A stretch of DNA of 64,000 bases from Rhynchobatus australiae (lineage: Eukaryota): the NCBI GenBank assembly GCA_034780895.1, contig JAUZTB010000098.1, forward strand, positions 78,660,508 to 78,724,507. The letters are read 5' to 3'. A model generated the notes under the pieces. It did no database searches, was not told the origin of the DNA, and saw only the letters and a program-made list of their open reading frames with translations. Both the position numbers and the translations under genes were made by a program. Below are positions 24,501 through 37,185 of this stretch, piece after piece. The first letter of the stretch is position 1. Each line of letters starts with the position of its first letter.

Positions 24501-27261
24501 GAATAATTATTTTTTGCATGGTAATGTTCACAGGATGCTATAACACAAAAGGAGAGCATTTTACCTACTTTGATTCTTTGATGGAACTATTCAATTACTT
24601 CCATTCCCATGCCCTCTCCCTATAGCCTTTTATTAAATAAAAGTATGATTTTTTAAAAATAAAAGTTGTCACAGAGTCAGTGATACAAAGAGTTGAATGG
24701 TAGGGCACAATTCTTGAAGACTTATCAGTGGGTTGGGGCAGGGAAATTTTGGTGAACTATAGTCAAAGTGGGGGNNNNNNNNNNAATTAAAATACAAATC
24801 CCTCTTATGACATGAAGTGTAATAATGACTGTTAGTTTCCTGAGATTACAGCACACTAAACTTTTCCAGTCCTATTGTTTAATTTGCAGTTCCTATGCTT
24901 ATGTACCATATGGAAGTAATCAGAGAATTAGTGGAGCAAGTGGGGTGTGTATTATCGTTAATATCGTTTTGTTAGTCATTGCACCTACAGCCAAAGGAAT
25001 ATATTTGCAGCAACCTGCATTTATTAAATAAAGGTATGAAGGTTCTTCAATTGATTGACATCAAGTTTCAGAAACAATTAAGATAGATGATCAAAGGTTT
25101 GATCAAGCATATGGTTTAAAAAAAGCATTTTAACAGAATATAGAGAGGAGAAAATGTTTAGGAAGGGAATTCTAGAGCTCAGGTTTTGGCAGCTAAAAAG
25201 CAATTCAGGGTTATAAAATCACCACCAGTGAAAACTGGCAATCCTGGACATCTGAGCCCATGAAATTCAAGCAGACAAACCAACTGGTTCAAAATGCAAG
25301 TAAGTAGATTCATTGCCATGGCTTAATGAAAATCTGTAAGAGTAATCAGTGATTTCTCAACTTCTCGCTGATATGTACCTTTCAGTGTCTTTTACTTTAA
25401 ATTTCAAGATTAAAGCTCTTGAGCATATTGGTTGAACCTTATAGCTGTACATGAGTAGATAATGGTGCAGTGATATTGTCAATACAGTAGTTGTCACCAT
25501 TCCTGCAGGCAGCCAATATCAATCTAAATTCTGAAAAATGAATATAACCTGACGTCACACCATAGCTTTTACCCAGAATCCCCACCACAAGGCCATAAAC
25601 TGGCAGTCAAGAGAGGCAATTATAATTTCACAGTTTAAAATTAAATCTCTTCCCATGTGCTTCATCGTAATAGGAACTGTCACATTGACACAACTTAGCA
25701 ATTCTGAACTATGAGAACCTCACTGGTCACAAAATTAAATGTATTTTTCAAAGCCAAGCCAAGAAATGCCTACAAAGAAATAATATTTTCAGCACCAATA
25801 ACACTAGGCACAGTCAGCATTTAAAAGCTTGAGCTGAAGTTTGCAAACTATTTTTCTCCCAAATCAAAAAATAAAAATGTGATGTGCAAGTGTGCCACTG
25901 ATTGTGTTTGAAACCTTCAGTCCTTAGTTGCTTCCTATATATCAGTTGATGCCTCGACTGTGCTTGTTTTTAGTATCAAGGCATTAGGAGTATCTAAGCA
26001 ACTGTTTACTTTCCACATTTTTCAAACACACTGATAAGATGCACCAGCACACATTGCCACTAAACATGGAGTTATTTCAGAATAGTTTTTGAAATTGTTT
26101 TCTGAAAAGTGCAGCATGTGACAGTCCAGATTTTCTGCTGATCATATCAATTTTTCATCCTTTAGAAAAATAAATTCACGGGGAAATTAAATGTGCTCCC
26201 AGCAGCAGGCAGGTAAAATAGTGACAGCTTTTCTATTAATTCCTGTTTGACATCTGTCTTCTGAGTTTGGAAACACTTAATCTTTAAAGACCTTTTTTTT
26301 TAAATTTGTTTTTGAGGAAATGTTATGCTGTTAAAATGGTAGAATTTGGTTTCAGTTAATTTCTATGATGCATGAAGAATTACAGCTCCAACCAATAAGT
26401 TAGCCCAAGGATGACCCGAGATTGGATTTCAGGCATATTGACGTTATTTGAGCAAACTCAAAAGAAATTTCATCCATTTCATAATGAAGAATTTCAAGCA
26501 AATTGTCTTGTTGAATGTAAATTATCGGAGAAGACATTAGTCGTATTGTAGAAAGTACATTGATGCTGCAATTCCCACAATAGTGTCTTTTAAAGGTTTG
26601 ATTTTTGAATGAAGATGCACCTTTCATTGGCAGATGGAGGCTAACTATATCTGCCACTGAAGAATCCTGTTCAGCATTTCACATATGCTCTTTTAGGCAT
26701 GGGACAGTGCTCCTTTTGCTGTTTTCTGACCATAAACTGTGCCAGTTTTTACCCCATGAATCCCTGGTTGTTGAAAATTGCAGGTTTTTACCTGCTGGTA
26801 ATACATTTCAATAAAGCAGATCACATTGTACACTTTTCAAGGATCCCTGTGCAGGTTAGCACTGTATTATACTGTTCAGCTAGTCTGATTTAGAACTTTT
26901 TTCAACATGTAAACAATATAGGGCTAGACATTGTTCTGCATAGCAGCAAGTGTTTGTTCTCTGGATCACTTATACAGATACAGAGCATGGAAACATCCAT
27001 TTGCTCCAGACAATCTGTGCAATATTGTGCTCCACTTAAGCCTCTTCTTCTAAGCTGTCTACACCTTTGTTCCTTATATGCTTGAATACCCTCAAGTGAA
27101 CCTTAGTATTTACTTGTAGCAAGGTCAGCATTATCAGCTCTCTTTGGATGAAGAAGTTTCTTCTGATTTCCCAGATGGATTACTTGGTGACCATCATATA
27201 TTGATGGTCTTTAACTTTGCTGCGCTCCACTAGTGGAAGCATTCTCTATCCATTTTATCAA

Positions 27262-27600
27262 GGGCAGCCTAGTGTGCAGCTAGTGAAGCCACTGCCTCAC
27301 AGTGCCAGAGAGCTCAATCCTGTTGGGTGGAGTTTGCATGTCCTCCCTGTGACTGAGTGAGTTTCCTCCAGGTGATCCAGTTTCCTCCCACACCCCAAAG
27401 ACATGCGGGTCGGTGGGTTAATTAGCCGTTATAAATTGCCCCTAGTGTAGATGAGTGCTATAATCTGGGGGCATTAGATGGGAATGCAGGGAGAATAAAA
27501 TGAGATTAATGCAGCATTAGTGTAAGTGGGTAGTTGACAGTCGGGGCAGACTCGGACTGAAGGGCTTGTTTCCATGCTGTATCTGTTTAGGGCTCTAAAG
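27262..27600 (+). mobile_element. V-SINE (HE1-like), apparently inserted in an old CR1 fragment (26980-27870, -)
   Basis: tRNA-like head, V-domain gtttcctccaggtgatccagtttcctcccacaccccaaagacatgc, tail ctgaagggcttgtttccatgctgtat. Confidence 0.85.
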
Positions 27601-30600
27601 TCTTTCATCATTTCAAAGGTCTCCATTAGGTCAGCCGTCAGACCTCTTTTATGAAAGAAGAGGTAATGTCAGTTCTTTCTTTCCTGATATGTATACTCTC
27701 ATCTTTCTGCAACCATCGTTGTAAACTCTCTCTGCACCTTTCAAATGCTTCTACATTTTCTTCAGGATGCGAAGACCAAATTTGTACACAATACTGCCAA
27801 GTATGGTCTAACCAACATTTGATACAGCTATAGCATAACTGCCTTGGTTTTTTTTATGCCTCTCGAAATTAACGACAATGCTTTATTTGCTTTCTTTCTG
27901 GTGTTAACCAGTGACACAAATTTTACTGGTCCATTCTGACTACTCCTTATTACACATTTTATTTCTAGATGCTCTTCTATTCTCACATTTTTCCCACCAG
28001 CAATGTTCACATAATTTATAACCCTCTGAGCATATTATATTTCCTCTCTTAAATATACTTAATCTAAAATCTAATCTCAAAATATGATCAAGACGTTTGT
28101 GCATCAGTCAAAATTCATTCTGGTTCCTCCTTGCTTGTTGCCTTAAGCCACTCATGGCTACATGCTACATGTTGACAGCTTAAGAGTCATCAAAGTACTT
28201 GTCACTTTGGTTTGCTTCTTTGTTCTCTGCAAAGTTTTTGTCAGGCTCTTAACTGGTTTGGAAAACTTGAGCATCATTCTAGAAATGAGTGAAAATATAA
28301 ATTCCACTCTCAGTGATTAAACCGAGCCTGTTCTGCCCTGGATTCTAACNNNNNNNNNNNNNNNNNNNNNNNNNNNNNNNNNNNNNNNNNNNNNNNNNNN
28401 NNNNNNNNNNNNNNNNNNNNNNNNNNNNNNNNNNNNNNNNNNNNNNNNNCTGCCCTGGATTCTAACAATCTTAAATTGTTCTTTCTCCCTCATCGTGATT
28501 ATAGATCTTTGAATTAAAATCTTCACAGTTTCTCTGTACATGGATGCTGCCAGTCCTGCTGAACATTTCTAGTTTTTTTTTGCTTTTATTTTTGATGTCT
28601 GGATTGCAACATATTAGGGGGAAGTGTGGACCTGACATTGCAAGCTGTATTGTGCAGCCAATTCCAACTATGAACTGAAGCCTTGATTTAACTTTGGGTG
28701 AGTTTGAACTTAGACAACTTGCTTGTTAATGAACTTTGAAAGCATGGTTATGTTTAACTTCTGCTTGTACAAGACTGTTGAAAATGACCATGCCATTGGC
28801 TTTTATGTTGAATATTATGAAAATTGCTTGGAAAATGTAATTAATGAATATCAGTCTATATCACTTGTAATACAGACATTTAATAATGCTCTATCTTGTG
28901 TATAATTCACAATCCTTTGCTGAGTGATTTTAATTCTCATGTTGAAATAAGCATAGGGTAGGATAAAGAAGCAATAAAATATTTAAAATGTTTGTTATTG
29001 CAATACGACAAGATTAATGTAGGAAAGTGAACAATAACTAAATAAAAATCATAAAATTTGATCTTCGATAAAACAAAGGAGCAAGGAGTAGTGTGTAATT
29101 AAAACTGGCTGAATGAATATGAATACAGTCTGTATCTCAGTGCAGATCGGACTTATCCTGCTGGGTCCCTGTCTGATTAGTTACAATACATCTGCTCTGG
29201 TTCTCAGTACCCATCTGTAATGCTGAAGGGAATTACATTCTTATTGCATCAATCAGAATAATAACATCCAGAGATGTCAGCCCTGAATGACTCCAGATCA
29301 TTGTATGGAGGGAGAGTGATTGTGAAAGCTTTTTTCTCAGACATTATGATGGTTGTGTTTCTTTCTCTCTCTTTTAGCACTGTGCTGTGAATCACATATG
29401 ACATTTAAGTGTAGTAGCTGTCTGATCCCTTCCCCTACAATGACAAACCTAACCTAATTATGCTTCTTTCCCAGACAGATTATATTAAGCCTGTGAACAC
29501 ATCAGAAATAAATGTTAACTTGACGTTAAATTAGTGTGTGGCAATAACAAAAGTAAAATAAAAACTGCAGATCACTATATTGTCTGAAAATGACAGCAAT
29601 ACAATGTAATATTATGTGCAGTTAATGATGCCAGTATTAGCCATCAAGGTGTGGAATCTTAAATCAGATGATAGATCATTTAGGAAAGAAAATGATCCCA
29701 TGTTACCTGGGTGTTTCTTCGCTACAGGCCCTGCAAGTTGTTGTGGCATTTATATTGAATGATTGATCCATTGCTTGGAACATCTGTACTGCTTGGAACA
29801 ACAAGAATACAAATATAATGCTGCTGNNNNNNNNNNNNNNNNNNNNNNNNNNNNNNNNNNNNNNNNNNNNNNNNNNNNNNNNNNNNNNNNNNNNNNNNNN
29901 NNNNNNNNNNNNNNNNNNNNNNNNNNTTTGGAGAAATTTGTCTGCCCCCTCACCATGAGTGGAAGGCTTCCGTCATGAATTCATTCTGTTTGGTTTCACT
30001 GTTGCCTTCCAACATCTGCCATGGTCTAACTCACTGTGGATTCTCCGGCTGCAAGGTTAAGACCAATTGCACTATCACAAGCAGCACTGAGTTCTTTCAT
30101 GTCAAAACTGGTACCAAATCAGACCACGTACCCAGTACTCTGCACAAGCACCAAGCAATGATTCCTGCTCTACCCACCCTGACATTGAAATAGTGACCAG
30201 GATAAACCTCTCTTCACTTACACCTCATGTAGAAGTATTTCTATTTGCTAATTGTTGTGATGTGACAACTATAATTTACTTTAATGTACTGTTATTAACT
30301 TAAAACGTCCCTAGACATATCATTATTCCTTCAAACCTAAGTGAAGACAATCCTTCCTAGTGGTTGAGCAATAAAATAAAACAGGAGTGCAAGAGATTTT
30401 ATCTGGAAGAGTCCAGAGAGTTACAGGGTCAGAGGGGATTACTAGTTTAAGGAGTGACAAGATCACAGAGAAATTTGAAAATAAGGGTGAAATTATGAAA
30501 TGCCAGACCAGTGGTCATTTTGAGTCAACAATCAATGGTGATGGATAAACAGGGTGAGATAGAATCCAAGGAACAAAGTTTTGGGTGAGCTCAACTTGAT

Positions 30601-30841
30601 GGAAAGCAACAGGTAACCAGAGATTTATCCAAGTAGAGGCCTAGTCCTTCATCAGATGATTGGAAAATTTGCACTGGGTGAAGAAACTATCCTTCAATAT
30701 TCCGGGTGAAGATTTGGGGGCTGTCATGTATTTCAGTAACTTGGATTTGATTTGTCAGACTTCGGTCTTTTCGATCCTCATTTTCACTGGTGGTTTGTTG
30801 CATCACTGGATGAGAGCTTGGCTAGAGGCCAATGGTTTCTT

Positions 30842-32395
30842 GGTATTGGTTTATTATTGTCACTTGTACCAAGGTACAGTGAAAAGCTTGTCTTACAAAC
30901 CGATCGTACAGGTCAANNNNNNNNNNNNNNNNNNNNNNNNNNNNNNNNNNNNNNNNNNNNNNNNNNNNNNNNNNNNNNNNNNNNNNNNNNNNNNNNNNNN
31001 NNNNNNNNNNNNNNNNGTGGTATCATCTGCAAACTTGCAGATGGAGTTAGAGCAGAATCTGGCCACACAGTCATGAGTGTATAGGGAGTAGAGTAGAGGG
31101 CTGAGGACGCAACCTTGTGAGGCACCAGTGTTAAGAATAATTGTGCTGGAGGTATTGCTGCCTGTCCTCACTGATTGTGGTCTGTTTGTTAGAAAGTTAA
31201 GGATCCAGTTACAGAGGGAGGTGCTGAGTTCTAGGTCTCGGAGTTTGGTGACAAGCTTGCTTGAGATTATTGTATTGAAGACAGAGCTGTAGTCAATAAA
31301 CAATAATTTAACGTAGGTGTATTTACTGTCCAGATGCTCCAGAGCTGAGGGTAGGGCCAGGGAGATGGCATCTGCCATAGACTTGTTTTGCCGATAGACG
31401 AATTGCAATGGGACCAGGATGTCTGGTAGGCTGGAGTTGATGCGTGACCATGACCAGCCTTTCAAAGCACTTCATGATGGTGGATGTCAGAGCCACTGGT
31501 TGGTAGTCATTGAAGCATGTTATCTTGATTTTCTTTGGTACCGGGATGATAGTGGTCTTCTTAAAACAGGAGGGAACCTGAGACTGAAGCAGGGAGAGTT
31601 GAATATGTCCGCAAATACTTCTGCCAGCTGATCAGCACAAGATCTGAGCACATGGCCAGGGACCCCATCTGGGCCAGGTGCTTTCCTCGTGTTCACTCTC
31701 CAGAAGACTGATCTCACATCCTCCAATATGATCACAGGTTCAGCTGCATTGGTGGCTGTCAGGGTGGATGCTGACAATCCACTTCCCTTTTGTTCAAAAT
31801 GTGCATAGAATGCGTTAAGTTCATCAGAAAGGGCTGTGCTGTTGTTAGCGATGCAGCCTGACTTTGTTATGTAGCCTGTTATGGCATGTAAGCCCTGCCA
31901 TAACTGGCGGCTGGTCAGGGATTCTATTTTGAGTTGGTATTGCCTCTTGGCATCCCTGATAGCTTTCTGAAGGTCACACCTCGATTTCTTGTACAGATCA
32001 GGATCACCAGATTTGTGTGTAGCAGTCCTCTCCTTCAGTAGAGAGTGGATCTCCCGGTTCATCCATGGTTTCCTGTTTGGGAACACCCGGATTGTCCTCT
32101 TTGGTACACAGTCCTCCACACACTTGCTGATAAAGTCTGTGATGGTGGTGACATACTCATCAAGGCTGGCAGCTGAGTCTTTGAACATGGGCCAGTCCAC
32201 TGTCTCAAAGCAGTCACGGAGGAGCTCATCTGTTTCTTCAGACCAGCACTGCACGACTCTCCATACCAGATCCTCCTGTTTCAGTTTCTGTTTGTATGCA
32301 GGGAGAAGGAGCACAGCCCGGTGGTCTGATTTCCCAAAATGAGGACGAGGGGTGGCTCGGAAGGCACTTTTAATGGTTGTATGGCAGTGGTCAAA
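30842..32395 (-). mobile_element. 5'-truncated Rex1/Babar-like LINE (endonuclease end + RT), relatively young
   Basis: ORFs 31520-32431 and 30893-31465: [56 protein letters not shown]. Frameshifted; 3' tail at 30842-30916; candidate TSD GGTTTCTT at 30834-30841 and 32396-32403. Confidence 0.93.
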
Positions 32396-32640
32396 GGTTT
32401 CTTCTGAGGTATCCACCCCCTGAGCAAGCACTGGACCTGCTTGTTAAATGCAACAAAGCCTACGGGGAGGCAGCATGGTTACTTTACTGTCGTCAGCAAT
32501 GGTTGTCTTGCTAAAGTAATGTTGGATTTGGGAACCTGAGCTTGATTTATTCAAATTTCACATAAAAATTTTCAAGACTGAGTAACAGTGAAAATCAGTA
32601 ATTTAAATTTCAGATCAGAATATTTGACATGCAATGAACA

Positions 32641-32866
32641 AACAAAAAACAAACTGATGGAGGAACTCAGGGGGTCAGGCAGTATCTGTCGAAGGAAACG
32701 GACAGCCAACGTATTGGGTTGAGACCCTTTACCAGATGAAATGGCTCAACCCGAAGCGTCGACTGTCTATTTCCCTCCACGGATCACAGATGCTGCCTGA
32801 CCCACTGAGTTCTCCAGCAGTGTGTTTTTTGCTCCAGATTCCGGCATCTGCAATCTCTTGTGTCTC
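32641..32866. mobile_element. Palindromic non-autonomous PLE-derived element (two inverted pLTR arms)
   Basis: Left arm ggaggaactcagggggtcaggcagtatctg...gggttgagaccct is complementary to right arm ...caacccgaagcgtcgactgtc...cagatgctgcctgacccactgagttctccag. Confidence 0.8.
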
Positions 32867-33759
32867 CAATGAACAAACGATGTTGCTTCAACAAAACACT
32901 TTGACTAAGCTCATGTGTGAGACAAAAATTAACCAAGATTTTATGAATAATGTATTGATTAAGGTCAGGATTCATTGCAAGTAATTTATTGATTAGGACT
33001 AAACTTTCAGTTTGCTTTGTATGGCTTCTTTCTCTGGAGAAATGCATGTTAATGATGACTTGAATCCTACTGAGGAGTACCTATGTTCCCAGTAATTATT
33101 CCCATAAAAGGATTTGTGGATGGGAGCACATCTAGCTCAGGGCATTATTGTCCCATCACCATCCATGGAATTTGGCTCATTCATCAGAACCATAGAAAAA
33201 GAGCAATAGAAGGCCAACCTGGGCCCTTGTGCTGTTCAATAAGATCGTGGCTGATCTTCTCTCATTTTCTGCCATATCCCCGTGTTGATTCTATCAACTT
33301 CTACTTGAAGTGCATTTGATCACTGCACTTTCACAGGTAGTGAATTCCAAGGACTCATCAATCTCTGTCTGAGGAAATCTCTCCTCGTTTCTGTTTTACC
33401 ATTCATTTTGGAACTGTTTGGTTAAGACCAGGATTGTGCTGTGATTTGACCTTCATATTCAACAGCCAGATAGCATTTTACAGTGGCTCAACACGATTAA
33501 AGAAACCCATCAAACACATTGACAACATCACCAGGCTAACAGTTCCCTCCAGGCTATTTAAATCAAGCATGCCAGAATTCAGGCACACAATGCCTCCCAT
33601 AACACTGGATATCCTGTTTGCAGGAATGTTAAAGGGATTTCTTTGGACAAGGTGTTACATGTAGTTGAAATTCGGATCTAAGATAAGAAATTTGGATCTA
33701 AAATAATCCTCAATAGAGTTGAATTAAATTAATGCTAACTTTGGCTGTAACAAGGATTA

Positions 33760-34240
33760 GTTACGTTGGTTTTATGGGGCATCTAAAATGAAGAAGGGGT
33801 GGAGAGCTTTAAGTAGAGGATTTCTAAGTTCATACACAAATGAAGTCTTGACTGCTAATCATTGTGGGATTAAAAACAGGAGTTCAGAGCTATCGGGGGA
33901 TAAGCAGGGATGAATCTTGGCTAGATTTGAAATAAAGGTTGAGAATTTTAAAATTGAGGTGTTGCGAGATTGAGAGCGAGGGAAGGTCATCATGTTGGGT
34001 CAATAAGTGAATTGGCACACAAGCAGCAAAGATGTGGAGCAGCCCAGGTTTACAGTAGGTGCCATGTGGAGGTAGGCTTGAGGAGCATTGGAATGTTCAA
34101 ATAAACTGATAAAAAAGGTGTGGATGAAGGCCTAGCTACAGGTAAACAAATGCAGGGGTGCAGCTGGGAATGTTAAAAAGAATGAAAATAAGCAATGGTA
34201 TTGATCAAAAGGATATCAAGTTGGAAGCTCAGCTCACCTG
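33760..34240 (-). mobile_element. Ancient L2-like LINE fragment (similar relics near 25070, 30400, 38120, 51190, 62240)
   Basis: Recurrent decayed motif (ggagggaattccagagc, gagatttgaaaacaaggatgagaattttaaaatt) typical of the antisense L2 3' region. Confidence 0.5.
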
Positions 34241-35739
34241 ATATCAACCAGGGGAGAAAGGACCCTCCATCAGCTTTGGTTGCACTGAAATGACTTATGT
34301 GATGACCGCTGCCTGGCTTCGTTCCAACATTAAACCTCCACATATTCTGCTTATTAACACAGCAGAGAATTAGGCCATTCAGCCCATCAGGCCTGCACTA
34401 GTTCCCAGTTGAGCAATCCCATCCGTCCCTTTCCATTTTTCCTATACCTCTACAACTTAAAGAGTCATGCAGCATGGAAGCAGGCCCTTTGGCCCAACTC
34501 ATCCATGCTGACCAAGGTGCCCATCTAAGCTAGTCCCATTTGCCCACATTTGACCCACATCCCACTAAACCTTTCCTATCCATGTACCTGTTCAAATATC
34601 TTTTAAATGTTGTTATTGCCTCTCACATACCTGTCAACTCCCCTTTGATTCTTTTGCTACTTACCTGCACTAAGGGGTAATTCACAGAAGCCAATTAATA
34701 GACAATGAGCTACTTTTAGTGCTTTAGACTGATACAGGGGCTGCTGGCAATTTTCACAAAGGAAGGTATGGACGACAGAGAAGAAATGTTTCCACTCTAA
34801 GTGTGACACCTTATTATCCAAAGTGCACCAGTCTTGTACAGGCTAGTTTTTTTTAAGGCATGTGTTTAATAGCTGTTAGTAGTTCTGCAGACCCATGGGT
34901 TCCTGTATTTAGAGAATGGCAATTCTACTTGTGCCTTGAGAATGGTACTTATCTCCCACCAACAAAGAGAGGAAAATGCATTTTCATAAGAAAAGCAGCA
35001 TCTGCCCTGCAGATAGTAGATTTTGATCAGTGTGTGAATATAGTTTGTTTTGCACTTGAAACAATGGCTCTCACCTCTGGAATGGGTTATTTTTAACTAC
35101 TATTGACTTTTCCTTAGCAGAATTGTTAACTCCCATGTTATCTTTACCCTAGGCAATCAGAGGCTCACTAAAAGCTAGTAATTCATCTTTATCTGGTTGT
35201 GAAAGCTGTCATCAGAGATATTCCCAATCTAAAGCAAGGACATGAAAGTCTTGTATACAGTTTTAGTTTCTCATATTAAATCTCATTGAATTTACCATGC
35301 AAAACAGCATAATGGGCATATACTGCCACTTAAGCTCGAATTGATCCTCCTCCCATCACTCACCCTATCAGTTTGTTCTCCTATCTGATGTTGCTTAAAT
35401 GCATCTCCTTTATTCCCCATTATGTTGTACAGATTATTCTATATTCTTTTACCATGATTTGAATGAAGAGATTTCTCCTGAATTACGTAACTGTTTTATT
35501 GGTAACAACCCCTTCTATTTATGCCTCATAAATTTATGCCTCATAAATTTCGTCACCCCTTTATTCTATCTGATCTCATAATTTGAAAGAGCTCTTTGAG
35601 GTTACCTTTCATCCAGCTCTGTGGGGCTCCTTTCCCTTAGTCTTTCCTGAGAAATATTTGGTTTCACCCTCACTCTCATTAGTCATTTATGATTTAGTTT
35701 TACAAGTTGCTTAATCTTTGCTAATGAATTTAAATTTTA

Positions 35740-35972
35740 TTTACAGCATGGTAACAGGTGCTTCCGGCCCAATAAGTCCATGCTGCCCACTTTAAACTCT
35801 AAATTAACCTACCCGTACGTCTTTAGAATGTGGGAGGAAACTGGAGCACCCAGAGGAAACCCACGCAGACACAGAGAGAACGTACAAACTCCTTACAGAC
35901 AGCGACGGGAATTGAACCCTGCTTGCTGGCGCTATAATAGCGTTGCGCTAACTGCTATGCTACAGTGCCACC
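35740..35972 (-). mobile_element. V-SINE, short young subfamily
   Basis: Close reverse-complement match to 48759-49010, including the V-domain and the tail gctgtaaataaaa. Confidence 0.9.
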
Positions 35973-36429
35973 AGGACATCAAGGTGTCCCAGTGGTAATT
36001 CCGCTCCTCCGTGATAATGCTTGCAGGTGAGGCAAAGATTCACATCTTTGTACCAAGATGTGCACCAAAAATGCATCGAGTCCATTTTAGTACAGAGTGA
36101 TCAAAGTGTTTCTAAACTCTAGTGATTAGGGTTGTGCCGGTTGGTTCAAGAACCGAATGGCTGAAGGGAAGTCCCTGGTCTTGAACATGGTGGTGTAAGA
36201 CTTCAAGCTTAAATAAATGGCAGGATAAATGAGTCAGCATCATCCTGACCTACATCCCCACTAGCAAGACTCTAATTACACTCAGTCAGCTCTGAGGGGG
36301 AGAGGATCCACAATTCCAGACTGGGCTCTCTACTCTGAGGTCGGTCATGGCAAGGGATTATAAGGAGGACAGAGGAAACCCTTTAAGAATGTTCTCAAGA
36401 GTCTCCTTAAAAATAGTAACATCCTCATC

Positions 36430-36650
36430 ATCTTGTGGGAATGCCTGGCCCGTTGCTGCTTAGACTGGAGAAGGAGCATTCAGGATGGCACTGAGAGCCT
36501 CGAGGGAGCACGTAGAAACCCAGTGGAAATAACAGAAGGAGACCACTAGCTCCCAAACTACCCAGCCTGACATGCGCCTCTTGGCCCACCTGTGGCAGAA
36601 TTTGAGGTTCTACTTCAACCTCATCACCCACCTCTGAACTCACAGGTCTT
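36430..36650 (+). mobile_element. RTE-clade LINE C-terminal fragment, degenerate
   Basis: cccacctgtggcagaatt...ctcatcacccacctctgaactcac is a decayed CPTCGR...LISHLRTH C2H2 motif as found at the RTE ORF end. Confidence 0.6.
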
Positions 36651-36679
36651 GTGTAGAAAGAAGGCATTAGAGACAAACA

Positions 36680-37185
36680 GTTATACAGGTCCTTCAGCCT
36701 AGCTCATTGATGCCGACCCAAAGTGCTTATCTGAGCTAGTCTCATTTGCCTGTGTTTTGCCTATATCCTTCCAAACCTTTCCTATCCATGTACCTGTCTA
36801 AATGTCTTTTAAATGTTGTAATTTTACCCACCTCTACCACTTCCTCTGGCAGCTCATTCCATACACCCACTACCCCCCTCTGTGTGAAAAGCTTGTCCCT
36901 CAGATCCTTTTTAAGTAGTTCCCCTCTCACCTTAAACCTATATATAATAGTTTTGGAATCCCCTACCCTGGGAAAAGAAGATTGTGACTGTTCACCTTAA
37001 TCTGTGTCCCTCATGATTTTATATACAAGGTTATCCCTCAGCCTCTTTATGCTCCAGGGAAAACAGTCCCAGTCTCTCCTTGTAAGTAAACCCTCCGGTC
37101 CCAGTAACATCCTCGTGAATCGTTTCTGCACCTTTCAATAGCTAGGTGACCAGAACTACACACAATGCTTCAAGTGTGGTCTTGT
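36680..37185 (-). mobile_element. CR1 LINE 3' end
   Basis: ORF 36742-36930(-): DLR.KLFTQR.VVGVWNELPEEVVE...TFKRHLDRYM. Confidence 0.92.
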
